Made by a program: the position numbers and the translations under genes. 64,000 bases of DNA. Origin: Malacoraja senta (Eukaryota). Positions 26,422 to 39,832 of this stretch are shown piece by piece; within the stretch, counting starts at the first letter, position 1; each line of letters starts with the position of its first letter. A model generated the notes under the pieces. The model was not told where the DNA came from, did not search any database, and saw only the letters and a program-made list of their open reading frames with translations. The stretch spans positions 62,001-126,000 of the forward strand of contig JAXLNO010000600.1 in NCBI GenBank assembly GCA_038087875.1, written 5' to 3'.

Positions 26422-29400
26422 GGGGCAGCTCCGGACCACCGCACCGCCCCCCGAACAATCAGCCCCCTGCTTCACCTGATCTCCCGGTGGCTCAGCACTT
26501 CAACACCCCCTCCCATTCCAAATCCGACCTTTCTGTCCTGGGCCTCCTCCATGGCCAGAGTGAGCACCACCGGAAATTGGAGGAGCAGCACCTCATATTC
26601 TGCTTGGGCAGTTTGCACCCTAGCGGCATAAACATTGACTTCTCCAATTTCTGGTAGCCCTTGCTGTCTCCTCCTCCTCCCCTTCTCAGCTCTCCCTCAG
26701 CCCTCAGGCTCCTCTTCCTTTCTCCTTTCTTCTCCCCTCACCCCACATCAGTCTGAAGAAGGGTTTCGGCCCGAAACGTTGCCTATTTCCTTCGCTCCAT
26801 AGATGCTGCTGCACCCGCTGAGTTTCTCCAGCACTTTTGTCTGCTTCATTCAACTCCTTGGGGAAAACCATTCAGCATCCAACTCTCTCACCTTTCTGCA
26901 GCAACACACACACACAGAGTGCTGAAGCAACTCAGCAGGTCAGGCGGCATCTGTGTGGAGGGAATGGACAGGCGACGTTTCAGGTCGGGACCCTTCTTCA
27001 GACCGATGGCTTGTGCAGTGGGGGTTGGGGGGGAGGGTGAGCTGGAAGAGAAAGGCGGGTCTGGGGAAAGCCTGGCGAGTGATAGGTGGAGACGCAAGGA
27101 ACTGCAGATGCTAGTTTACAACAACAAAAATCCAAAGTGCTGGAGTAACTCAGCGGGTCAGGCAGCATTGCCCTGGAGAACGTGGGTTAGATTGGGGTCA
27201 GGTGAGGGGGTGCTTGGTAGATGGGGTGGAGTAAGTGACAAAGGCTGCAGGCGTCTATCTCCAGTTAAAAGCCGGACCCGCTGAGTTACTCCAGCTTTTT
27301 GTGCCTATCTCCGGAGGCAAAAGGGTGTCGGATAAGGAGAGGGGGAGAGAAATGTAAAGCCGGAGAGAGGGGTGTGTGATAGTGCCAAAAAATGGGTGCG
27401 TGGAGGGGGCAGTGGAGGAAAGAGGGAGGGGGAAGTGGGGGGAGGGGGGTGTTACTTAAAATTCAAGAACTCAATGTTCACACCGTTAGGTTATAAGGTG
27501 CCTTCGAAATGCACTGCCTTCCTGCACAGTTGGTATCACTGACAGTCACAAAGTGCTGGAGGAACTCGGCGTGTCAGGCAGCGTCTGGACCTTTCAGCTC
27601 GAGAAGGTGGATAAAAAAGCGAGACACAGAGATATGAAGGGGCAAGGTGTGAAAATGGGAGATCAAAGGGGGACGAATGTAGAATAGATCGTTGGTCGAC
27701 AAAAATGCTGGAGAAACTCAGCGGGTGAGGCAGCATCTATGGAGCGAAGGAATAGGTGACGTTTCAGGTCGAGACCCTTCTTCAGACTGATGTGGGGGTG
27801 GGGGGGGAGGGCGAGAAGAAGAAAGGAAGAGGCGCAGACAGTGGGCTGTGGGAGAGCTGGGAAGGGGAGGGGAAGGAGGGAGAAAGCAGGGACGACCTGA
27901 AATTGGGGAAGTCAATGTTCATACTGCTGGGGTGTAAACTACCCAAGCGAAATATGGTCTGAAGAAGGGTCTTGACCCGAAACATCACCTATTCCTTCGC
28001 TCCATAGATGCTGCCTCACCCGCTGAGTTTCTCCAGCATTTTTGTCGACCAACGATCTATTCTACATTCGTCCCCCTTTGATCTCCCATTTTCACACCTT
28101 GCCCACCTGAGTTTCTCCAGCATTTTTATCTACAAGCGAAATGTGAGGTGCTGCTCCTCCAATTTGCGGTGGGACTCACTCTGGCCATGGAGGAGGCCCA
28201 GGACAGAAAGGTCGGGTTCGGAATGGGAGGGGGAGTGGAAGTGCTGAGCCACCGGGAGATCAGGTTGGTGGTACGTCAGTCTGAAGAAGGGTCCCGACCC
28301 GAAACCCCATCATGCCTGTTTCCCCCACCCACCCCCGCCACCTCAGGTGCTGCCTGACCCACTGAGTTCCTCCAGCACTTTGTACTTTGCTGCTCCATGT
28401 ATTTCTACCTGTTTAACTCCATCGCTCCAGAGATCACTGAAGCTGCCACTTCCACTGTACTTGAAGTGAAACTACAGCCAATACTGCTTCTCGGATGTAA
28501 TTATTTACAATGGTATGATTATAATTAAAGTTTAAGTGACTCTTAAATGTGTTTGCCTGTGTCGGTTTTGACTCGGCGCTTGTGAATATTTACATTGCAA
28601 CTCCACTGAAGACGCCCAAGTTTAGCTTATTCATTCATTCATTTGTTCTATATTAGGGGTGGCATGGTGGCGCAGCGGGTAGAGCTGCTGCCTCACAGCG
28701 CCAGAGACCCGCGTTCCATCCTGACTACGGGTGCTGTCTGTACGGAGTTTGCACGTTCTCCCCGTGACCTGCGTGGGTTTTCTCCGGGTGACAATAGACA
28801 ATAGGTGCAGGAGTAAGCCATTTGGCCCTTCGAGCCAGCAATGTGATCATGGCTGATCATCCCCAATCAGTACCCCATTCCTGCCTTCTACCCATATCCC
28901 CTGACTCCGCTATTTTTAAGAGCCCTATCTAGCTCTCCCTTGAAAGCATCCAGAGAACCTGCCTCCACCACCCTCTGAGGCAAAGAATTCCACAGACTCA
29001 CCACTCTCTGTGAGAAAAAGTGTTTCCTTGTCTCCGTTCTAAATGTCTTACTCCTTATTCTTAAACTGGCCCCTGGTTCTGGACTCCAACATCGGGAACA
29101 TGTTTCCTGTCTCTAGCGTGTCCAAACCCTTAACAATCTTATATGTTTCAATGAAATCGGGTGCTTCGGTTTGCTCCTACACTCCAAAGACGTGCAGTTT
29201 GTAGGTTAATTGGCTTGGTGATAATTTATTTGTTCCTAGTGTGTGCGGGTAGGTAGGCCCCTCTCGGTCATGACTGACCATGGGTGATGCATCCTGATCG
29301 GATGCAAGCCTGGGCGATGTCATATGGAGGACAGGCTGTTGCCCATGCAGCATGTCCCCCCTCTCCACGTCGCTGATCGATCCAAAGGAACAGCAGGGCC

Positions 29401-30874
29401 GTTACAGTTTGGCACCAGCGCCTTCGCAGGAGCTGCCAGAACGAGGTTGTAGACAATGACAAACTGCCTTAGGGGCTCCGACTCCGGATTTTCTTGAGGT
29501 TTACTCCTGGAGTATTTTCCATGACTAGATATGGCCACAAGGCAGTGGAGGTTTTAAATCAGAGTTATCCATCTCCTAGATGGACTGCCTTCCCAGGCTG
29601 ACGAGCCCCATCTGCCCGAGACTCGTGGGGGCGGGAGCGTCTACCTTCCTGTGCAGGTCTTTAGCACCTACCCGCTAGTGTGTGTAGGATAGTGACAATA
29701 GACAATAGGTGCAGGAGGCCATTTGGCCCTTCAAACCAGCACCGCCATTCAATGTGATCATGGCTGATCATCCCCAATCAGTACCCCGTTCCTGCCTTCT
29801 CCCCATATCCCCTGACTCTGCTATCTTTAAGAGCCCTATCTAGCTCTCTCTTGAAAGTTTCCAGGAAACATGTTCCCGATGTTGGGGGAGTCCAGAACCA
29901 GGGGCCACAGTTTAAGAATAAGGAGTAAGCCATTTAGAAGGGAGATGAGGTAACACTTTTTCTCACAGAGAGTTGTCAGTCTGTGGAATTCTCTGCCTCA
30001 GAGGGCGGTGGAGGCAGGTTCTCTGGATGCTTTCAAGAGAGAGCTAGATAGGGCTCTTGAAGATAGTGGAGTCAGGGGATATGGGGAGAAGGCAGGAACA
30101 GGGTACTGATTGGGGATGATCAGCCATGATCACATTGAATGGCAGTGCTGGCTCGAAGGGCCGAATGGCCTACCCCTGCACCTATTGTCTACTGTCTATT
30201 GTCTATTGAAGGATGTGCTGGCTCTGGGGAGGGTCCAGAGGAGATTTACAGGAAAGATCCCAGGAATGAGTGGGTTAATGTATGATGAGTGTTTGTCGGC
30301 ACTGGGCCTGTACTCGCTGGACTTTAGAAGGATGAGGAGGAACCTTATTGAAACTTACCGAATAGTGAAAGGCCTGGATAGAGTGGATGTGGAGAGGATG
30401 TTTCCACTAGTGGGAGAGTCTAGATCCAGAGGGCACAGCCTCTGAATTAAAGGGTGCTTTTTTAGAAAGGAGATGAGGAAGAACTTCTTTAGTCAGAGGG
30501 TAGTTAATCTGTGAAACTCATTGCCACAGACGGCTGTGGAGGCCAAGTCAGTAGATATTTTTAAGGCAGAGATAGACAAATTCTTGATTAGAACGGGTGT
30601 CAAAGGTTATGGGGAGATGGCAGTAAAATGGGGTTAGGAGGGAGAGATAGATCAGCCATGCTTGAATGGCGGAGTAGACTCGACGGGCCGAATGGCCTAA
30701 TTCTACTCTTTTAACTTGTGAACTTGTGACTGCTATTGCAAATGACTGGCTAGCTTCACAAACATGGCCACATGTTGAAGATTGAGATATATTTACACCA
30801 GCAGGGGGAAACACTGAGCTAAAATCAAGTCAAACTCAAGATATGCTGGAGTAACTCAGCGGGACAGGCAGCAT

Positions 30875-31471
30875 TCAAGATTCAAGAGAGTTTATTGTCA
30901 TGTGTCTCTGATAGGACAATGAAATTCTTGCTTTGCTTCAGCACAACAGAATATAGAGGGCATTGACTACAGAACAGATCAGTGTGTCCATATATCATTA
31001 TATAAATATATACACACAGGAATAAATAAACTGATAAAGTGCAAATAACAGATAATGGGCTATTAATGTTCAGAGTTTTGTCCGAGCCAAGTTTAATAGC
31101 CTGATGGCTGTGGGGAAGTAGGTATTCCTGAACCTGGTCGTTGCAGTCTTCAGGCTCCTGTACCTTCTACCCGAAGGTAGCAGGGAGATGAGTGTGTGGC
31201 CAGGATGGTGTGGGTCCTTGATGATGCTGCCAGCCTTTTTGAGGCAGCGACTGCGATAGATCCCCTCGATGGAAGGGAGCTCAGAGCCGATGATGGACTG
31301 GGCAGTGTTTACTACTTTTTGTAGTCTTTTCTGCTCCTGGGCGCTCAAGTTGCCGAACCAAGCCACGATGCAACCGGTCAGCATGCTCTCTACTGTGCAC
31401 CTGTAGAAGTTAGAGAGAGTCCTCCTTGACATACCGACTCTCCGTAATCTTCTCAGGAAGTAGAGGCGCTA
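30875..31471 (-). mobile_element. Rex1/Babar LINE 3' fragment, representative of copies at about 12330-12835, 20760-21140, 45690-46110, 47130-47385, 52470-53075 and 56480-56835
   Basis: FYRCTVES.LT.CI.AWFG...HPGH...LLPSGRRYRS...RFRN.FFP motif. Confidence 0.88.
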
Positions 31472-31489
31472 ATGTGTATTCTTATCTCT

Positions 31490-32330
31490 GAGCATCTTTG
31501 GAGAGAAGGAATGGGCGACGTTCCAGGCCGAGACCGTTCTTCAGACCGAGTGTCAGGGGAGCAGGAGACACACAGAGATATGGAAGGGCAAGGTGAGAAA
31601 ATGAGAGATCAAAGGGGATGAATGTAGAATAGATCATTGGTCGACAAAAATGCTGGAGAAATTCAGCGGGTGAGGCAGCATCTATGGAGCGAAGGAATAG
31701 GTGACGTTTCGGGCCGAGATCCGTCTTCTGACCAGAATAGATCAATGTTAGCTATGGGAAGGTGAGAATAAGGCATACAAAGATAAAATTTAATCAGAAA
31801 AACAGACTGGTCAGAGAACTAGGGTGGGGGAGGGATGGAGAGAGAGGGAAAGCAAGGGCTACTTGAAGTTAGAGAAGTCAATGTTCATACCGCTGGGGTG
31901 TAAACTACCCAAGCCAAATATGAGATGCTGTTCCTCCAATTTGCGCTGGGCCTCACTCTGACAATGGAGGAGGCCCAGGACAGAAAGGTCAGATTGGGAA
32001 TGGGAGGGGGAGTTGAAATGCCGAGCCACCAGGAGATCAGGTAGGTTCGGGCGGACTGAGCGGAGTTGTTCGGCGAAACGATCGGCGAGCCTGCGCTTGG
32101 TCTCGCCGATGTAGAGAAGTCGACACCTGGAACAGCGGATACAGTAGATGAGGTTGGAGGAGGAGCAAGTGAACCTCTGCCTCACCTGAAAGGACTGCCG
32201 GGGTCCTTGGATGGAGTCGAGGGGGGGAGGTATAGGGACAGGTGTTGCATCTCCTGCGGTTGCTGGGGAAGGTGGCTGGGGAGGGAGGGGGTGGTTTGGG
32301 TGGGAAGGGACGAGTTGACCAGGGTGTTGT
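31490..32330 (-). mobile_element. Penelope-like element 3' part (GIY-YIG plus terminal repeat), representative of copies at about 7385-7900, 14140-14457, 26475-26840, 34135-35000, 48885-49285 and 54679-55220
   Basis: ORF 31859-32359 encodes a GIY-YIG C-terminus ending ...LGSLHPSGMNIDFSNFK*. Confidence 0.9.
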
Positions 32331-35300
32331 GATATGTTTACACCAGCAGAGGGGAGCACTGAGCTGAAAGAAAGTTAAACTCACCCCACCCTCTTTACTG
32401 AGATATCTCAGTGGTCTTCCTCATCGTCATGGAAACAGGCCCTTCAGTTTATTATTGTCACGTGCACCGAGGTACAGTGAAAAGCTTTTGTTGCCTGCTC
32501 ACCATCAGCAGAAAGACAATACATGATTACAATCGAGCCGTCCACTGTGTACTGGTGTAGGAACTGCAGATGCAGGTTTACGCCAAAGATGGGCACAAAG
32601 TGCTGGAGTAACTCAGTGGGTCAGGCAGCATCTGTGGAGAACATGGATAGGTGACGTTTCGGGTTGAGATCCTTCTTCATTCCTGACCCAAAACGTCACC
32701 TATCCATGTTCTCCACAGATGCTGCCTGACCCGCTGAGTTACTCCAGCACTCTGTGAAACGTCACCTATCCATGTCTGAAGAAGGGTCTCGGCCCGAAAC
32801 GTCACCTATTCCATCACGCCATAGATGCTGCCTCACCCGCTGAGTTTCTCCAGCATTTTTATCCACAAGCGAAATATGAGGTGAGGTTCATACCGCTGGG
32901 GTGTAAACTACCCAAGGGAAAGATGAGGTGCTGCTCCGATTTGCGGTGGGACTCACTCTGGCCATGGAGGAGGCCCAGGACAGAAAGGTCGGATTCGGAA
33001 TGGGAGGGGGAGTTGAAGTGCTGAGCCACCGGGAGATCAGGTTGGCGGAACGTCAGTTGAAGAAGGGACCCGACCCGAAACCCCGTCATGCCTGTTCCCC
33101 CCACACCCCCCCCACCACCACCACAGGTGCTGCCTGACCCACTGAGTTCCTCCAGCACTTTGTACTTTGTTCATGATTCCAGCTCCTTGTATTTCTACCT
33201 GTTTAACTCCATCGCTCCAGAGAACACTGAAGCTGCCACTTCAGCAGTGAAACTACAGCCAATACTGCTTATCGGATGTAATTATTTACAATGGTATGAT
33301 TGTAATTAAAGTTTAAGTGACTCTTAAATGTGTTTGCCTGTGTCGGTTTTGACTCAGCGCTTGTGAATATTTACATTGCAACTGCACTGAAGACGCCCAA
33401 GTTTAGCTTATTCATTCATTCATTTGTTCTATATTAGGGGCAGCACGGTGGCGCAGCGGGTAGAGCTGCTGCCTCGCAGCGCCAGGGACCCGGGTTCCAT
33501 CCTGACTACGGGTGCTGTCTGTACGGAGTTTGTACGTTCTCCCCGTGACCTGCGTGGGTGTTCTCTGGGTGACAATAGACAATAGGTGCAGGAGTAGGCC
33601 ATTCAGCCCTTCAAGCCAGCACCACCATTCAATGTGATCATGACTGATCATCCCCAATCAGTACCCCGTTCCTGCCTTCTCCCCATATCCCCTGACTCCT
33701 CTGTGGGAGAGTCTAGGACCAGAGGGCACAGCCTCTGAATTAAAGGGTGCTTTTTTAGAAAGGAGATGAGGAAGAACTTCTTTAGTCAGAGGGTAGTTAA
33801 TCTGTGGGATTCTTTGCCACAGAGGGCTGTGGAGGCCACAAGTCAGTGGATATTTTTAAGGCAGAGATAGACAAATTCTTGATTAGAAAGGGTGTCAAAG
33901 GTTATGGGGAGATTGCAGGAAAATGGGGTTAGGAGGGAGAGATAGATCAGCCATGCTTGAATGGCAGAGTAGACTCGACGGGCTGAATGGCCTAATTCTA
34001 CTCCTTTAACTTGTCAACTTGTGACTGCTTTTGCAAATGACTGGCTAGCTTCACAAACATGGCCACATGTTGGGGATTGAGATGTATTTACACCAGCAGG
34101 GGAATGCACTGCGTTAAAATCAAGTCAAACTCAAGATATGCTGGAGTAACTCAGCGGGACAGGCAGCATCTCTGGAGAGAAGGAATGGGCGACGTTTCGG
34201 GCCGAGACCCTTCTTCAGACCGAGTGTCCGGGGAGAGGGAGACACACAGAGATATGGAAGGGCAAGGTGTGAAAATGGGAGTTCAAAGGGGATGAATGTA
34301 GAATAGATCATTGGTCGACAAAAATGCTGTGGCAACTCAGCGGGTGAGGCAGCATCTATGGAGCGAAGGAATAGGTGACGTTTCGAGTCGAGACCGTTCT
34401 TCTGACTAGAATAGATCAATGTTAGCTATGGGAAGGTGAGAATGAGGCCTACAAAGATAAAATTTAATCAGAAAGACAGTGGTCGGAGAACGAGGGCGGG
34501 GGAGGGAGAGAGAGGGAAAGCAAGGGCTACTTGAAGTTAGAGAAGTCAATGTTCATACCGCTGGGGTGTAAGCTACCCAAGCCAAATATGAGATGCTGTT
34601 CCTCCAATTTGCACTGGGCCTCACTCTGGCCATGGAGGAGGCCCAGGACAGAAAGGTCAGATTGGGAATGGGAGGGGGAGTTGAAGTGCTGGGCCACCGG
34701 GAGATCAGGTAGGTTTAGGCGGACTGAGCGAAGGTGTTCAGTGCAACGATCGCCGAGCCTGTGCTTGGTCTCGCTGATATACAGGAGTCCACACCTGGAA
34801 CAGCGGATACAGTAGATGAGGTTGGAGGAGGTGCAAGTGAACCTCTGCCTCACCTGAAAGGACTGTCGGGGTCCTTGGATGGAGTCGAGGGGGGGGGGGG
34901 GGTATAGGGACAGGTGTTGCATCTCCTGCGGTTGCAGGGGAAGGTGGCTGGGGAGGGAGGGGGTGGTTTGGGTGGGAAGGGACGAGTTGACCAGGGTGTT
35001 GTGATATGTTTACACCAGCAGAGGGGAGCACTGAGCTGAAAGAAAGTTAAACTCACCCCACCCTCTTTACTGGAGATATCCCAGTGGTCTTCCTCATCGT
35101 CATGGAAACAGGCCCTTCAGTTTATTATTGTCACGTGCACCGAGGTACAGTGAAAAGCTTTTATTGCCTGCTCACCATCAGCAGAGAGACTGTACATGAT
35201 TACAATCGAGCCGTCCACTGTGTACTGGTGTAGGAACTGCAGGTGCAGGTTTACGCCAAAGATAGGCACAAAGTGCTGGAGTAACTCAGCGGGTCAGGCA

Positions 35301-35624
35301 GCATCTCTGGAGAAAAAGGAATAGGTCACATTTCGGGTCGAGTCTGAAGAAGGGTCTCAACCCGAAACGTCACCTATTCCTTCTATCCACAGATGCTGCC
35401 TGACCCGCTGAGTTACTCCAGCACTCTGTGAAACGTCACCTATCCATGTTCTCCACAGATGCTGCCTGACCCGCTGAGTTACTCCAGCATTTTGTGTCTT
35501 TCCGTTGCTACGTTAGACAGGGTGCTGCTCCAAAAAGGCGAGCGTGCAGACCGGACGTGGCCTGCAGCCTCAGAATTAAGGACGTTCCTTTAGGAAAAAG
35601 ATGAGGAGGAATTTCTTTAGTCAG

Positions 35625-37200
35625 AGGATAGACAGTTGGATAGACTGATGGGACTGAAGGCTGATAAATCCCCAGGGCCTGATGGTCTGCATCCCAGGGT
35701 ACTTAAGTGGCTCTAGAAATCGTGGATGCATTGGTGATCAGTTTACAATGTTCTATAGATTCAGGATCAGTTCCTGTGGATTGGAGGGTAGCTAATGTTA
35801 TCCCACTTTTTAAGAAAGAAGGGAGAGAGAAAACAGGGAATTATAGACCAGTTAGCCTGACATCGTTGGTGGGGAAGATGCTGGAGTCAATTATAAAAGA
35901 TGAAATAGCGGCACATTTGGATAGCAGTAAAACAGGATCAGTCTGAGTCAGCATGGATTTATGAAAGGGGAAATCATGCTTGACTAATCTTCTGGAATTT
36001 TTTGAGGATGTAACTGGGAAAATGGACAAGGGAGAGCCAGTGGATGTAGTGTACCTGGACTTTCAGAAAGCATTTGATAAGGTCCCACATAGGAGATTAG
36101 TGGGCAAAATTAGGGCACATGGTATTGGGGGTAGAGTGCTGACATGGATAGAGAAGTGGTTGGCAGACAGGAAACAAAGAGTAGGGATTAACAGGTCCCT
36201 TTCAGAATGGCAGGCAGTGACTATGCTGGGACCGCAGCTATTAATGATTTAGATGAAGGAATTAAAAGTAACATTAGCAAATTTGCAGATGACACAAAGC
36301 TGGGTGGCAGTGTGAACTGTGAGGAGGATGCTATGAGAATGGAGGGTGGCTTGGACAGGTTGGGTGAGTGGGCAGATGCGTGGCAGATGCAGTTTAATGT
36401 GGATAAAATGTGAGGTTATCCACTTTGGTGGCAAAAAATAAGAAGGCAGATTATTATCTGAATGGTGTCAAGTTGGGAAAAGGGGAAGTACAACAGGATC
36501 TGGGGGTCCTTGTTCATCAGTCAATTAATCATGCAGGTACAGCAGGCAGTGAAGAAAGCTAATGGCACATTGGCCTTCATAACAAGAGGAGTTGAGTATA
36601 GGAACAAATAGGTCCTTTTGCAGTTGCACAGGGCCCCAGTGAGACCACACCTGGAGTATTGTGTGCAGTTTTTGTCTCCAAATTTGAGGAAGGACATTCT
36701 TGCTATTGAGGGAGTGTAGCGTAGGTTCATGAGGTTAATTCGCGGGATGGTGGGACTGTCATATGTTGATTGAATGGAGCGGCTGGGCTTGTACACTCTG
36801 GAATTTAGAAGGATGAGAGGGTATCTTGTTGAAGCATATAAGATTATTAAGTGATTGGACACGCTAGAGGCAGGAAACGTGTTCCCGATGTTGGGAGAGT
36901 CCAGAATCAGGGGCCACAGTTTAAGGGGCAAGCCATTTAGAACGGAGATGAGGAAAAACCTTTTTACCCAGAGAGCTGTAAGTCTGTGGAATTCTCTGCC
37001 TCAGAGGGTGGTGGAGGCCAATTCTCTGGATACTTTCAAGAGAGAGCTAGATAGGGCTCTTAAAGATAGCGGAGTCAGGGGATATGGGGGGAAGGCAGGA
37101 ACGGGGTACTGATTGGGGATGATCAGCCATGATCACAGTGATTGTCGGTGCTGGCTCGAAGGGCTGAATGGCCTACTCCTGCACATTTTGTATGTTGTCT
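35625..37200 (+). mobile_element. CR1 LINE, degenerate
   Basis: Same RT motifs including SKFADDTKL, with multiple frameshifts. Confidence 0.95.
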
Positions 37201-37871
37201 ATTGTTATGGGGAGAAGGCAGGAGAATGGGGTCAGGAGGGAGAGATAGATCAGCCATGATTGAATGGCAGAGTAGACTTGATGGGCCGAATGGCCTAATT
37301 CTGCTCCTATCAATTATGACTTGTGTACCGATCAGTATGGTCTACTTTGTACTTAATATGATTGTACCTAATAGTAAGATTATCTATAGTAATAGGTAAA
37401 GACCTATTGTACATTTACATTTAGTAATATAGTTACACTAGAGTAATATAATAGTAATAATACACATTAGTAATAATATACTTTTGTTATAGTACACTTT
37501 AGTAATATAATACTCTATTACATTTAGTAATATAGTAATGCATAATAGTAAGGTTACCCATGGTAAAATTGACACTGAACTCCACAAAACAAATTTCTCT
37601 GCACTTGGGCACATGTCACAATAAAGTCATGCGTTGAGGAGACGGGAGCCAACGAGTCCCCCTTGGTCCAGTACTCTTAAGGTAGACAAAAATGCTGGAG
37701 AAACTCAGCGGGTGAGGCAGCATCTATGGAGCGAAGGAATAGGTGACGTTTAGGGTCGAAACCCTTCTTCAGACTGATGTGGGGGTGGGGGGGGGGGGGG
37801 GGCGGGAAGAAGTGCTGAGCCACCGGGAGATCAGGTTGGTTATTGCGAACCGAGCGGAGGTGTTGGGCGAA

Positions 37872-39098
37872 CTCTGATCTTGTGCTCTTCCGCTTTGCGG
37901 GTTTTTATACTTGCGCAAAAAACGGTAGGTGTAGCGCTACGATTTTTCACCAGCTGCCTCGCCGTTCTCCTGTGCTGCGAGTGCAACGAGTTTCGTTCCG
38001 ATCGCTGGTCTATTTGTAAAACTTATTAACGTTTAAAAATAGTAAGAAACCACGCGTGCGCACATTGCTGTCAGTCGCCACCACGCAGATTGGCGCTGCA
38101 ATTCTGTCACTGGCCGTGTGCGCGATTTAGGCGCCTTTGACAGGGGGGCGGGATTAAAATGCCGTTTTCTCCTATCTGTCGGAGTCGAACTTCCTCAGGC
38201 TGCTAAGCTGCTGCAGAGAAATCGTTCCGACATCCGTTCTCGGAAGTTTAAAAAAAAACGACTGGACAATTTAATCGCTGGAGTAAAATAAAAATCTACT
38301 TCCAACGCCGTCAATCCGACAACAGGACGGATCTCACGTAGGGGACAAAACATAAGGTAAGTAGTTTATTTTACATATAAACTTGCTTCTTAGGATTACT
38401 TTAATCCAAATTTCATTGGCGAAAATGTGATTTTGGCCCCATACGAACCGGCAGTGTTTTTCCTGCCGATATGGGGTTCAAATTCACTGCAACCGCAACG
38501 TTCCAATCGATCGCGTTCCTCAAAAACCCACTCGCAAGTTGATTTAAATGGCCATTAATTTACGGGAATTAAACATTAAATTACTTCCATTTTGGCCTAT
38601 AAATTCATGACAATGAGATTTGAAAATCATGTTATATTGTGAATTCTTGTGTGAATGTTATTTGGACACTTAGGCTATTTAAAAATGTTAACCTTTTCAT
38701 AAGAAATGGATAGATGTTTAGATCTAGTAATTGAATTTTGTAATTAGCTACAATTAGGTTAACTAATTATATGCTTTAATTTCAGGTCATCCAAGTAAGA
38801 TTTTCATATTTGTTTCAGAATGCTTCAATCTATAATAACTGACAATTTCATTCAGTTCTCTTAATTTTTAAGAAAGTTATGGGCTTTTGACTGTCCTCGA
38901 TCACAGCTTTTGTGTTGTCAATGGAAAAGCAATAGGGAACAAGATGCTAATTTCAGAGTATGAAAATGGCCATAACTTTTTAAATACTGAAGATATGAAA
39001 GTGAATTAGGTGTCAAATTAAACTTATTTTTATGCTTTATCTGATGCGATAAATTGCAGACTTGATTTTTAAAATCTCAAAATTTTGTAACATTGCTA
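37872..39098. mobile_element. Related non-autonomous DNA element (Helitron-like left part plus the right end of the 6634 family)
   Basis: Right ~200 bp is closely similar to 7175-7379; left part resembles 8738-8900. Confidence 0.55.
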
Positions 39099-39659
39099 AG
39101 TATTGGACCACCCTGGGAAAAAGGTTCATGTGATAGGAGCAGAATTAGGCCATTCGGCCCATCGAATCTACTCCGCCATTCAATCATGGCGGATCTATCT
39201 CTCCCTGCTAACCCCACCCCATTCCCATGGGGAGAAGGCAGGAGAATGGGGTTAAGAGGGAGAGATAGATCAGCCATGATGGAATGGCGGAGTAGACTTG
39301 ATGGGCCAAACGGCCTAATTCTGCTCCTATCACTTATGAACCTACAGTCAAGAATCTATCTACACCTTAAAAATATCCATTGACTCGGCCTCCACAGCCT
39401 TGTTACTCCTGTGAAGTGGCTCGGACACTGCAGCATGTAAGTAAACTCTCAGAGACCACCACAACCTGTAATCAACAGCATTTTAATACAATATTATACA
39501 GAATTCCAGTATTTAATCAGCCTTGTAAATGTTCCGCTGGTAAATAAAATATATGTAACAGTAAACAATCTCCTTCTGTGGTCAGGTCAGAGGTGGGGAT
39601 GTGGGTAGAGCCGCTGCCTCACAGCACCAGAAACCCCAGTTCAATCCTGACCTCGGCTA

Positions 39660-39694
<35 letters not shown>

Positions 39695-39791
39695 TGTGTG
39701 TGTGTGTAAATGTGTGTGTGTTTGTATGTGTGTAAATGTGTGTCTGTATGTGTGTCTGTGTGTGTATGTGTAAATGTGTGTCTGTGTGTAA

Positions 39792-39830
<39 letters not shown>

Positions 39831-39832
39831 CG
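39660..39832. repeat. (GCGT)n/(GT)n microsatellite expanded inside a V-SINE
   Basis: Directly visible. Confidence 0.95.

Larger units (their letters stand above)
28140..35310. repeat. Local tandem segmental duplication (copy A about 28140-32640, copy B about 32915-35310)
   Basis: Non-TE blocks 28390-28650/33180-33430, 30725-30840/34020-34135 and 32330-32600/35000-35270 recur in the same order. Confidence 0.9.

Noticed and set aside
39401..39560. Solo LTR (TGTTAC...GTAACA)
   Set aside because: No clear TSD; could instead be the unique TMBIM1 3'-end region (minus-strand ATTAAA near 39482). Unresolved.
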